Below, in pieces: positions 12,001 to 21,881 of a stretch of DNA of 48,441 nt. The notes under the pieces were generated by a model, which was not told the origin of the DNA, did not search any database, and was given only the letters and a program-made list of their open reading frames with translations. The translations under genes and the position numbers were made by a program. How positions within the stretch are numbered: the stretch's first letter is position 1; every line of letters starts with the position of its first letter. Where the stretch lies: positions 1-48,441 of the forward strand of contig JAUCBJ010007341.1 of NCBI GenBank assembly GCA_032718475.1, read 5' to 3'. The stretch is from Nemertoderma westbladi (Eukaryota > Animalia > Xenacoelomorpha).

Positions 12001-13480
12001 GTATTCTTTGTGCTAAATAAGGACAAGGACTAACTCCAAACATCAACACAGTCATACAATATTTTTCAATGGGTTCATCTTTATTATTTCGCCACAAATA
12101 CTGCTGATAACAATGCTGATCTGATACCAGTTTAGTTTGTAAAAACATCTTGCGTATATCTGCTACAAGAGCTATAGGTTTTGTCCTGAAACGAAGTAAA
12201 ATTTGAGCAATATCAGGTTGCAGAATAGGCCCAGGTAGTAGACAATCATTCAGTGAGTTCCCATTCTTGTCTTTGGTGCTTGCATTATAAACTATTCTAA
12301 CTTTGGTAGAAGAGCTGCCTGGTTTATAAACTGGATGATGTGGAAGAAAGAACTGTTCACCATTCATGAATTGTTCTTCTTCTTCAGCTGAAACTTTATG
12401 GGCAAATCCCTTTTCAACATAATCATTAATAGTCTCCCTATAAATCTGTTTCTCAACTTGAGATTTCTCCAGTCTTTTCTCAAGTGATTCTAATAGTTTC
12501 TTAGCTCGATGGTAATTAGATACAAGAGTTGGTGCTTGAGGCTTGAAAGGTAGAGCAACAGAATAATGGCAGTTCTGGTCATCATAATTAAGTGAGATTT
12601 TGAACTGCTCCTCTGCCTCTCTTTCATCTTTGGTAAGCACCTTGGAAGAATTAACAATGCCAATTGTTTCTATATCCCAAAACCGTTCCATTGAATTCAA
12701 CAGTTTTTCATTAATCCTGGTTTGGGTAATATAACATGACTTTGGTCTTGGTTTAATTCGCTTATTGCTAGTATCTGGGCCACAAACAACATATCCAAAG
12801 ACTGTGGCCATAGCGCAAGGAAGTTTATTGTTAGAAGGGTGACGAATAATATCGCCAGTAATAAATTGAAAGAAATAATCCATTCCAATTAAAATGTCCA
12901 GTTGTTCATAGCCATGTGGAAATTCGTCAGCAAAAAGTAGACCTTGCAGATGTGTACACTTTTCTAAATTAATAGCCAAGGGTTGAATTTCCTTACAGAA
13001 ATCGGGAAATGACGCTGCTGTCATTTTAAAGTATAAACTTGAATCGGTTTTGGAACATAATCCAAACTCAACTATATCTGCATATTCAACAATAGTTGAT
13101 TTACCAAAACCTGTTACTTCCATTTCTTCAGTTGACACAATGTTCAGATCTAAAGATTGGGCAATACATTTTCGAATAAAAGAAACTTGGGAAAAACTAT
13201 CAAATCCCACACGCACTTCACAGGGAGTTCCATTATCTAATGGCATAAGCATTACCTTAGCTGTTGGAGAGATAAATTGAGTTTTAAGGTCAGCCTTAAC
13301 TCCAAGTGATATAGCTTGTGTTGTTACTTTATGACTACCAGAATTCATTATAGCCTTCTTATCAACATGCAGTAAGGGATGGTGCTTGTCTATGCAGCCT
13401 TCAACACCACATTCATCTGGTCTACGACAGTCCTTCTTGATATGGTTCAGTACATAAGAAACATGCTCCCTTATCAGCAA
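8993..13480 (-). CDS. BEL/Pao Pol (protease, RT, RNase H/peptidase A17, integrase)
   Basis: LPHHPV..K.R.V, SLND.L..GP.L, FYVDD, LHAFSDAS..AYG, RLEL, NPAD..SRG, SDN, GG.WER, RPVQRL. Confidence 0.95.
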   Translation of the reverse strand: MLIREHVSYVLNHIKKDCRRPDECGVEGCIDKHHPLLHVDKKAIMNSGSHKVTTQAISLGVKADLKTQFISPTAKVMLMPLDNGTPCEVRVGFDSFSQVSFIRKCIAQSLDLNIVSTEEMEVTGFGKSTIVEYADIVEFGLCSKTDSSLYFKMTAASFPDFCKEIQPLAINLEKCTHLQGLLFADEFPHGYEQLDILIGMDYFFQFITGDIIRHPSNNKLPCAMATVFGYVVCGPDTSNKRIKPRPKSCYITQTRINEKLLNSMERFWDIETIGIVNSSKVLTKDEREAEEQFKISLNYDDQNCHYSVALPFKPQAPTLVSNYHRAKKLLESLEKRLEKSQVEKQIYRETINDYVEKGFAHKVSAEEEEQFMNGEQFFLPHHPVYKPGSSSTKVRIVYNASTKDKNGNSLNDCLLPGPILQPDIAQILLRFRTKPIALVADIRKMFLQTKLVSDQHCYQQYLWRNNKDEPIEKYCMTVLMFGVSPCPYLAQRIRIHHCERPDMIAKFPLAAKEASDSFYVDDLLGGADNEIQAEQLYIELVDMCKMAGYELTKFGSNSAKLLSLIPEKDRLVGNFVSFTDQSDLGNTKALGLGWNYETDDTFSLVVTDRLTDLSTYSRTKRLMLSKISQIYDVFGFVSPFVIRGKIILQNMWLNKCGWDDELTDGIINSFREWERELYLLQTIKVPRLFYKGNPTIVQLHAFSDASEVAYGAVVYMRTEFCDSNTSSHFVMARSRVAPLKRLRLARLELLGAVLAARLVKYILDALHQRVDINSYYLWSDSEIALGWIAKESYTWNTFVQNRVQEIHDLSPIEVWRFVPGDQNPADLLSRGTSLMEMKDSAFYWQGPDWLIKNNDDWPKSSLNVEIELPEKRPIKQHKYVKRIIQGLSTPTINSSEHLVQDDEASESICLVSNLKSANVTQFSNYITEYYGRFSNLIRFTVRCFRWLARARKKLSQGVENSDEVALDKQPTTLTSLHPYLVTLEEMEATEMHWWKILQKHYFMEAYNLLSQNKPLPNKHHLLPLNPQYDIDRQLLVVGGRLEFSDLPLSAKHQILLPKGEGLVQKLILQVHISNQHAPQEVLLSLLKQKYWIINSRHEIRKAVHLCNVCNHHKTVPMEQIMGNLPPERLQISPAFWNIGIDFTGALLIKEGSSTHKAYICVFTCAASRMCHFELALNMETSEFLQCFRRMVNRRGLCKTVTSDNQKTFKKASKVFKLNFSDNIWKHLDKEAIASFMNERKISWNFIVERSPFRGGYWERINRSLKEPLRKILSKSLLTYTEMYTVLTDVEAMINSRPLTYHSPDTKDILPITPAHLALGRPLRPLHDLGGKEVSLTKRYVYLQGLLDNFWRRWQTEYLHQLQPRQKWQLEKEPIKINDIVLISEDRTRRNSWPMGRVTETHPSKDGIIRTVTVETKKGKFSRPVQRLHLFERYYETRLQDSPKDSDDLGDRINYRKKKIDETPDIVSSREDVAESDSGPIKTSSGRTIKKPDYYY

Positions 13481-15629
13481 CTATTTGCCTTTTTTCAGCT
13501 GTGGTAGCTTGAATAAATTTATAACAAGATGATAAAAACCGACATTTTTTCTCACAAAGTGGACACTTGTATTCAACTTTAGCAGTACCTCTATCAGTAT
13601 CCACTTTTGACTTGTCCCAGTTCTTAGAGTATGAACCAGATCCCTTAAATCCTTTTGGCTTAGTCCCACTATCAGACCCTACTGCTAATGTTTGAGAAGA
13701 AAACTTTCTATCCTTTTCTTTCAAAGGTTTTTTATCATCTTTATTATTATTATGAGTGTCTTTCTTATTGCATTCATCTCTCGTAACATCTTTCCGTGCT
13801 ACCAGAGTTTGCAACCAAGAAATAAATTCCTCATATGTGGGCATTGCACCATCTATATGCTTGTCATCAACTTCCTTTTCCCATTCTTCCCGAATTTTTT
13901 CAGGGAATAATGTTTCCATGGAAGATAGCAGAAAGTTGTCAACAGTTAAATGGTATTTAGATAGATCCAACATGACATTTTGTATTGAATCACATAACTT
14001 TCGCAATGCAGAAATATTATCTTCATCAGTAACTTTTGAAAAGTTCTGAAGTTTTTTGATTAAATGTTTTACAACAATTCTTTCCTTGCCATAAAACCTT
14101 TTAACACTTTCAAGAGCCAGTTTATAATTGTTCGCAGATATTTCCATATCAATAATACAGGTAGCAGCTTTTCCTACTAATGCCTTCTTTAAGTATGTCA
14201 TTTTGTAGAAATTACTTACCTTGTCATTATTGCCTACTATAGCCTCGAATTTTGAAAACCAGCATGGAAATTCTGAATAGGAACCATCGAATTTTGGTAT
14301 GTCTACACCACTAGGTAGACCACCTCGCATTCGTTCCTCTTTATCGGCATCACGCTTCACTTGGGTAAATGTTTTATAGCGACCTATTGCTTGACGAAGA
14401 CTATTTATGTCCTCCAGCAGTTCTGAATGACGTTGATCAATTTTTGTTATTGCAGATTTACACATTTTATGTGTAATAAATCCTTCACACTGTTCGAGAC
14501 GTTTTTCTATAGAACGTAGATCGAAATCTAGTGCATTTGGATCCTTTTCATCTTCAGAGAGTTCATTTACTCTCCTAACAGCTAACCAACAGGGTTTAGC
14601 TAGACGAATATATTCATCAATTTGATTTGATTCCTCAATATCTTGTTTCCTCTGAAACATCACTGAGTTTATTCTGTGCTTCAATTGTCTAAACCGGTGT
14701 TTAAACTGCTGAAAATCTTCAAATAAATCATTTTTAAGTTCCTCATTTTCCAATGAAAACAGACGCTTGTTTACAAATTTATCAGCATCCTGTAGTTCCT
14801 CAGTAGCATCATCAATACGACGCTGCCAAACATGCACATCCATTTCATAAGGATCAATATCAAAATCCATTTCTGCATATAATTCTTGAAGATGGGACAT
14901 TATTGACCTAAATTTATTCTCAATTGATTCAGCTGAATTGGATACAGAGGATAAACCACCAGAATCATTTAAAGGAGATCCCCCTTGCCCATTAATTGGA
15001 GAGGATGTACGTTGGGGTTGGGGTTTTCTGTTAATTGTTTGAAACAACAACAGTAAATCTCTGCGATCCTGTTCCCTCCAATCTCGTTCTCGACGTTCTC
15101 TTTGTTCATCCAGCTGCATTTGCATATTGAAGAATTGGGTCATCATAGCTGATTCCAGCGGCCCGGTACCGGTAGCAGGTCCGGTACCGGTAGCAGGTCC
15201 GGTACCGGTAGCAGGTCCGGTACCGGTAGCAGGTCCGGTACCGGTGGCAGGTCCGGTACCGGTGGCAATCGCACTGAATTCAGTTGTAGGCCTACTTGTT
15301 GCAATAGATGGTGGATGCGCTAAGGGATTAATAATATTATATGGACTACGTTGGATTGGTGAGAAAACCTGGCTCAAATTGTAACCAGGTCGCTCAGTGG
15401 ATTGCGAATCTGCAAATCCAAAATTAATGTTGTCAATATCGTCATTACTTTGGTCTGAGGCGAGGAAGACTCTCAAGCGATTCCGTTTTTCTCCAGTAGT
15501 TCCGGAACACAAGAGACCTCTCTCTTCCAAACAACGATCCAACTCCAATGGCGTCAGATTGCCAATGTCTTCCAGAGCGGGTAAATCAGCCCGTCTGTCT
15601 GACTTCAGATAATATGGTGACTGCGCCAT
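13422..15629 (-). CDS. BEL/Pao Gag (SAP-like N-terminus, GPATGT repeats, DUF1759-like region, Zn knuckles)
   Basis: IPKFDG..F..W...F, K..YLK..L.GKA, NY..AL..L; CxxC knuckles at the end; frameshifted relative to pol. Confidence 0.9.
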   Translation of the reverse strand: MAQSPYYLKSDRRADLPALEDIGNLTPLELDRCLEERGLLCSGTTGEKRNRLRVFLASDQSNDDIDNINFGFADSQSTERPGYNLSQVFSPIQRSPYNIINPLAHPPSIATSRPTTEFSAIATGTGPATGTGPATGTGPATGTGPATGTGPATGTGPLESAMMTQFFNMQMQLDEQRERRERDWREQDRRDLLLLFQTINRKPQPQRTSSPINGQGGSPLNDSGGLSSVSNSAESIENKFRSIMSHLQELYAEMDFDIDPYEMDVHVWQRRIDDATEELQDADKFVNKRLFSLENEELKNDLFEDFQQFKHRFRQLKHRINSVMFQRKQDIEESNQIDEYIRLAKPCWLAVRRVNELSEDEKDPNALDFDLRSIEKRLEQCEGFITHKMCKSAITKIDQRHSELLEDINSLRQAIGRYKTFTQVKRDADKEERMRGGLPSGVDIPKFDGSYSEFPCWFSKFEAIVGNNDKVSNFYKMTYLKKALVGKAATCIIDMEISANNYKLALESVKRFYGKERIVVKHLIKKLQNFSKVTDEDNISALRKLCDSIQNVMLDLSKYHLTVDNFLLSSMETLFPEKIREEWEKEVDDKHIDGAMPTYEEFISWLQTLVARKDVTRDECNKKDTHNNNKDDKKPLKEKDRKFSSQTLAVGSDSGTKPKGFKGSGSYSKNWDKSKVDTDRGTAKVEYKCPLCEKKCRFLSSCYKFIQATTAEKRQIVADKGACFLCTEPYQEGLS

Positions 15630-15833
15630 ATTATTACCAGTTTAGTACCGGTACCGTACCGTTAAGAAGTAGGCCTAACGGAAACGGCCCACAATAAAAA
15701 AATAAACTGCAGGTCCAGATACTTCAATTAAAAAGAAACCGGTATCCGTATCATTAGGAAGTAGGCTTGACGGAAGCGGATTGCAGCAAAATAAACTGAC
15801 TAGTTAATATCAATAACATTAGTTACTTGTGAA

Positions 15834-16294
15834 TGTATCGAGTTTGATAAAACTCATTTTATTAATGAAAGTAAAATCCAAGAAAAGTCATACTTGTCAA
15901 CCATTCAGTCTATAATCAGTTATATTTAATTGTTACATCTGTACATTCAGACATTTGACCATGAATCTACCGTTTAATGATGCGATGCTGATGCTAATGT
16001 TCACAAGTATTGACACATTTACATATTAACTATAAACCGGTAACTATTGCAGTTTGCAAAAATATATAGGCCTGTAGGAATTATTTCCCGCTAGCGGTAA
16101 CATTATATTGCTGCACAGTACAGCAGTTTGTAGGCTACGGTAGTGCAGTAAGTAGGCCTAAAACCAATAACAGTTAATAACCCTACAACATCAGATACAA
16201 GATCATTATACTGCATAGCTAATAATAATAATCGGGTTTTTTAATAGTCCGCCCAGATGAAGTTTTAATCGGTCCACTATCAGACTCTGCTACA
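15834..16294 (-). repeat. BEL/Pao 5' LTR
   Basis: Direct repeat of 8608-9068. Confidence 0.95.
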
Positions 16295-16360
16295 AGTATA
16301 GTGCATGGCTCTCCCCCGTGAAGTCTGCATGTCTCTTTCATATATTATATATATCAGTCA

Positions 16361-16387
16361 TGGCGCAGTTATGATTTTCGAACCTAC
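16361..16387 (+). promoter_or_regulatory. Gypsy primer-binding site, tRNA-Ser-like
   Basis: TGGCGCAGT..TTCGAACCTAC directly after the LTR; resembles the complement of an invertebrate tRNA-Ser 3' end as I recall it. Confidence 0.7.
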
Positions 16388-16551
16388 AACTGTATTGCTG
16401 TATTGCTGTACCAGCTTACTGCTACCACCTACCACGCTACCAGTATACTCTGCTAGACCGCCAGGCCCTCGGGCCCAGGCCAGCCATACCCGCACATTAG
16501 GTTCTGTCTGCCCGTCTGCTGTTAATAAAGTAATAGGCCTACATTAATACT

Positions 16552-19500
16552 ATGGCGCACAACTCAACCGACCCCCGCTCCTTCGTACTCCGCAGCGCAG
16601 CCCCTCCGTTCGACATCGACTGCGAACGTTCGACGTGGGACCTGTGGATCGAGGAGTGGGAAGCGTTCCTGGTGACGTCGGGCCTCGAGAACCTGCGGAC
16701 CATCGACCCCACGGACCCTCCGGACCCGGCCGTCTCGGCCGACCTCCTCCGGGCCACCAACAGACAGCGTCGAGCCGCCCTCACATCCGCGTTCTCCCGC
16801 AGTACGAACGCCGTGGTAAGGGGACTTGGGCTCTCCACTGTCGACAACTCGGATGCGTCCCTCGTCATCGCGACACTCGGTACCCACGTCCACGGAGGGA
16901 CTAACAAACGGGTCCACCGACAGGAACTCGCCCGGCGTTCCCGCCTCCCAGAGGAAACACCGGAGACCTTCCTGGTCCACCTCCGGGACATCGCCACCAA
17001 GTGTGAGTTCGAGGCGCTCCCCACCGCGGCGGCCCACGCCAACGATCGGCTCCTCGATCAATTCATCGCGGGCTTCGGCGACAAAGAGGTGACCGAGCAG
17101 CTCCTCCGCCTGCCTCCAGACAGCTACATCACGGATGCCCTCCGCCTCGCGCAGACTGTCTGGACTGCCCGCAAGGACGCCGCCTCCATGTCGTGGAGCG
17201 GGGCCCCCGCAACCGCTCCCACGGCGCCCTCGGCTGCCAGAGCGACGGCGCAACGCAGCCGCCGGCCCAGGCCCCGCCGCGATCAACCACCCACCCGCTG
17301 CCCGCAGTGCGGGTTCCCCCCACACAACGCGGGAGCCCGTTGCCCCAGCGCCGATGCCCGCTGTCGCCACTGCAACACAGTCGGGCACTACAATCGGATG
17401 TGCCCCCGCCGCCCCCAGACCAACGCAGCCGACGGGCCCGCCACCGATTACGACGACGATCGGTCGACCAACGCCGCCGAGATCTGGTCGATCCTCGCCG
17501 GTCCCGAACTTTACGACGCCCCCACCGTCTCCTCCATTGAACAGTTGGAGTCCCTCGAGACGGTGACACTGGGATTCCAGGTCACTAAGAACCCCAGTTT
17601 CGGAATCACCGAACTCCAGTTCCTCCCAGATTCCGGTGCTAACATTACGGCGATTCCCTTCCGGATCTACTCAGCCTTCGGGGGGAAAGTCGAGATCCTC
17701 CGGAACTCCAACCCGCCGCCCCAACCACCTAAACTCGCCAACGGTAGTCGAGCGGGTTGGGTTTTTAAGGGAGTATTCGGCGCCACCATCCAGTGCCATG
17801 CATTGCACACTGCCTGCACCACGGATGTCTGGGTCCTGGACGGCCTCCACCAACCACTGCTGTCCAGGATGCAGGAAGACCTGCTTCACCCTCGGGATCC
17901 TGTGGAGCCCCATCCTCCGGGGTGGGCGGGGGCCACCCGACGCCCTCACTAGGCAATGTGCGAACCAGCTACTGGCCGCGCCACTGCCCACGCCACCGAC
18001 CACGCCACCAGCACAACCACCGCCAACCCCACCAACACCGACACCATCGCCGACACTGCCACCCAACGCGACCCAGACCTGGGAAACCCTGGTTACCCGG
18101 TACCCCCGCCCCCTCTCTGGGAACTGTAGGGTTATGGCCGGGGGGGATATAACCATAAAACTGCTCCCGGACGCCAAACCATCGTTCCGGTACTCCAACC
18201 GCCCCATACCGGCCAACCTGGAGGAGGCATTCGACAGGGAGCTCAGCGGCCAGGTTGCCATGGGGATCCTCGAGCCCGCGGACGATGCCAACAGTCCCAG
18301 CGCGTGGCTCAGCCCCATGGTCGTTACTAGGAAGAAGAGCGACCCCAACTCCGTCCGGATTACTGTCGACCTCCGGGAGTTGAACCGCCACACCGTCCGA
18401 CCCGCCTACTTTTCCCCGGACCCGTTCCAGGTCGTCTCCCGCGTCCCCACATCGGCCCGCTACTTCTCCGTCCTCGATGGACTCAAGGGGTTCCACCAGG
18501 TCGGCCTCGATCGGGACAGCCGGGAGCTCACCACGTTCGCCACTCCGCGGGGACGGTTCCGGTACCGCCGAATGCCCATGGGGTGGCACGGCAGTTCGGA
18601 CGTCTTCAACGCCCGGATGGCCAAGGCCCTCCAGGGCGTCCCCAACATCGGCCGGATCGTCGAGGATATCCTCATCTATACCGACACCATAGAGGAGCAT
18701 CCGGAGGCAGTGGCGAGAGTTCTCGCCGCCTGCGACACCGCCGACATCTCCATCAACCCGAGGAAGGTTCAGTTCTGCCTTCCGGAGGTCAAGTTCGGCG
18801 GCTACATCGTCTCCCACGGCCGATTCCGGATCGACCCGGAACTCACGGACGGCCTACGGAACTTCCCGACCCCAACCTGCCGGAAGGAACTCCGATCGTT
18901 CCTCGGCCTCGCCCAGCAGCTGGGAAACTCCACAGCCGAGATAACCCAACTAATCGAACCCCTCCGGAGCCTGAACTCTAACTATAACAGCTGGTTGTGG
19001 CTGCCCCAACACAACCAGGCGTTCGAGGCGACTCGGTCCGCCCTGTCCAGCCCCCACTACCTGTCTGGGTTCCACCCCGACCGACGGACGGAACTCCTCA
19101 CCGACGCCTCCCGGCTCCACGGACTCGGTTTCCTTCTCCGACAGCGCGACCCCGACTCCAACCGTTGGCTCACCGTCCAGTGCGGCTCCCGTACCCTCGC
19201 CAAACACGAGGCCAACTGGTCCGGTATGGCCGAACTGGAGGCCCTCGGCGCTGCGTGGGCGGCCCACAAGTGCCGCTATTTCCTCGACGGACTGCGGCAC
19301 TTCGAACTGGTGACCGACAGCAGTCCGTTGATTCCTGTACTGAACGATCGCAGCCTCGACCAGGTCACCAACGACCGCCTGCTGAAACTGAAGACCGCCT
19401 TGGCGCGGTTTAATTTCACCGCTCGGCACCAACGCGGCACCAAGCACCTCGTGGCTGACGCGTTCTCCCGCGCCCCCCGCCACGCACCGGAGCCCTCCGA

Positions 19501-20985
19501 CCTACTACTCACCCCGGAGGACGACGCCGACCGGGAGTTCATCGTCAACGCGGCTGCGGGAGAAATACAACCCGTCGAATCCCGGGACGCCCGTCTCGAA
19601 CAGGTCCGCCAGGTCGGCCAGCTAGACCCCGTCTACCGCGCCCTGCTCACCACCATCGACGAGGGCTGGCCAACCTCCAAACACCAGATTACCGACGACC
19701 AACTCAGACCTTACTTCGCTCACCGCGCTGACCTGATGGCCCACAATGGCCTCATCCTCCGCGGGCCCCAACTATACATCCCCGTGGAACTGCGACACGA
19801 GACCCTGCTGCAACTCCACGCAGTCCACCAGGGCCTTAACAAGACGCGAGAACGCGCTAACAGGTCTGTCTGGTGGCCCTCCATCGCCCACGACATTACA
19901 CAGGAGGTGGGGCGGTGCCAACCGTGTCAGGCAGTCCTCCCCTCCCACGCACCCGAGCCCCTCCAGCGCAACCCGGAAGCGACCCGTCCGTTCCAACGGA
20001 CCCACATCGACCTCTTCCAGGTCGACGCCAAAAACTACATGGCCGCCACCGACGAGTTCACTGGGTGGCCGACATTATATCGGCTAAACTCCGACACCAC
20101 CTCGGTCGCCATTATCGACTGCCTCCGTAAGCTGTTCCTCGCCACCGCGGTGCCTACGGTGCTCCACCCAGATGGAGGCCCCAACTTGTGTCAGACGCCA
20201 TCAAGAACTTCCTCCATCGATGGGGCGTCACCCTCGAGCCTTCCAGCCCCCACCTCCCACGCACAAACGGACTGGCGGAGGCCGCGGTGAAAGCCCTTAA
20301 GAAGATCGTCCGGGGAGCCAACCACGACTCAGACGACATCGCCCAGGGGATACTCGCGTTCCGGAATACCCCCCGCTATGGAGGCCGGTCCCCCGCGGAA
20401 CTCCTCTACGGCAGGAACGTCCGTGAGGCCCTCCCCGTGCATTTCACTGCACTCGACCCCAAATGGCGCCAAACCTTCGCCGAGCTCGACGCCCTTGCCG
20501 ACTCCAACCGCGCGCTACTCCGGGCGAACTATGACGGCCACACCCGACCACTCCGGGCCCTCCCAGTAGGCCACCCTGTCCTTATCCAGGACCCCCGCGA
20601 TAAACGCTGGACGGGCCAGGGGACAGTAGTCGAGACCCTCCAGAACCACGACTACCTGGTACGTCAAGCCAGCGGCCGCGTTGTGCGACGCAACCGGGTT
20701 TTTCTGCGGACCCGGTCGCCCACGCTACCACCCTCGGGCCCACCACTACCGCCCACCCCACCACAACCACTCCAAGAAGTCACACCCAACCCACCACCAC
20801 TGGCGCCACCCATACCCACCTGGGCCGACGTCGCCGCGCCGCCTCAGCCACCGACCACCACCAGCCCCCCACGGGCACCCCAAATACTGACCCAAGCCCC
20901 ACCACCCCCCGCCCCCACCCATACCCGATCCGGTCGAACCATTCGCCCCCCACCACGATACGCCAACAGTGACTACAGTAAATAA
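16552..20985 (+). pseudogene. Gypsy gag-pol (two CCHC knuckles, PR, RT, RNase H, integrase) with two frameshifts
   Basis: CPQCGFPPH..CRHCNTVGHYNRMC; FLPDSGA; LDGLKGFHQ, RMPMG, IVEDILI; TDAS; HQG..C..C and D-D-E; frameshifts at about 17869 and 20187. Confidence 0.92.
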
Positions 20986-21239
20986 CCCTCATAGCCTGTT
21001 CATTTTAACTTTTAGCGGTATATCGTTATTTACCAGTATGTTTATTGCTAATCACCCACCCCCTCCTAAGAAGGGGATATGTGTAGTATAGTGCATGGCT
21101 CTCCCCCGTGAAGTCTGCATGTCTCTTTCATATATTATATATATCAGTCAATTATATATATCAGTCAGCTTCTGTCTATATTAAATACCAAAACACCTCG
21201 ATATGATAGAAAATCGTCGTTTTCATCGACTCAGCAAAA

Positions 21240-21424
21240 GTCATTGATTACACGTCTGTACACGTCATTGATTACACGTCTGTACACGTAATTGATTACA
21301 CGTCTGTACACGGTATTGATTACACGTCTGTACACGGTATTGATTACACGTCTGTACACGTCATTGATTACACGTCTGTACACGTCATTGATTACACGTC
21401 TGTACACGGTATTGATTACACGTG
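21240..21424. repeat. 24-bp minisatellite, about 8 copies
   Basis: Unit GTCATTGATTACACGTCTGTACAC. Confidence 0.95.
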
Positions 21425-21729
21425 TAATCAATACCTTTACAGTAGAATGTACACCTTTACAGTTGAATGGATTTCAGGAAAAGACAATGGATTCGCCGAT
21501 CGATGGTCTTTCGAGAATCCCAGTGTATTCCCCATCCGGTGAAGATACTACTACTGTCTGATGAAATTGAATTACATGTTTGATCTATGTTCTGGTTTAA
21601 CGTAGTAGCCAGATTGACGCCGCCAATGAGCTGTTTTACGTAATGTGCCTGTGTAATTTTATTCCTGTACATATTTTTATACCTTTATATATTTTAATTC
21701 CTTGATTGACTTTTTATTCTTACTAACAG

Positions 21730-21881
21730 TGACCTGTGGTATATTCCTCTTACCTACACATGGGAAGACAATCAGCGAATAAACCAACAAACAGTTATTC
21801 TCAGTGATGAAACATTAACAATGTCTTTTAATCAAAGTATCCACGTGTCTAAATATTATCTGTTCAACGTGGGACGGCTCG
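21730..21881 (+). CDS. M1 aminopeptidase exon (LWYIPLTY), following a 13.9-kb TE-filled intron
   Basis: aacag|t..ctcg|gtaagt; phase continuity with 7804; WxIPL motif. Confidence 0.9.

Larger units (their letters stand above)
8608..16294 (-). mobile_element. BEL/Pao LTR retrotransposon, full length, recent
   Basis: Two 461-bp LTRs with no differences seen by eye, TG..CA ends, 5-bp TSD AGTAT (8603-8607 / 16295-16299), PPT GCCGGGAGGA at 9069-9078. Confidence 0.97.
8598..21167 (+). mobile_element. Ty3/Gypsy LTR retrotransposon, Mag-like, with a BEL element nested in its 5' LTR
   Basis: 71-bp TG..CA LTRs (8598-8607 + 16300-16360; 21080-21150); TSD GCTTC (8593-8597 / 21168-21172); PBS TGGCGCAGT at 16361; PPT AAGAAGGGGATA at 21068. 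Confidence 0.95.

Noticed and set aside
15619-15628. TGGCGCAGTC at the BEL gag start as a tRNA-Ser PBS
   Set aside because: About 205 nt from the LTR and overlapping the ATG; a PBS must abut the LTR
16539-20992. Many alternative-frame and antisense ORFs over the Gypsy element
   Set aside because: Expected shadow ORFs of GC-rich coding DNA
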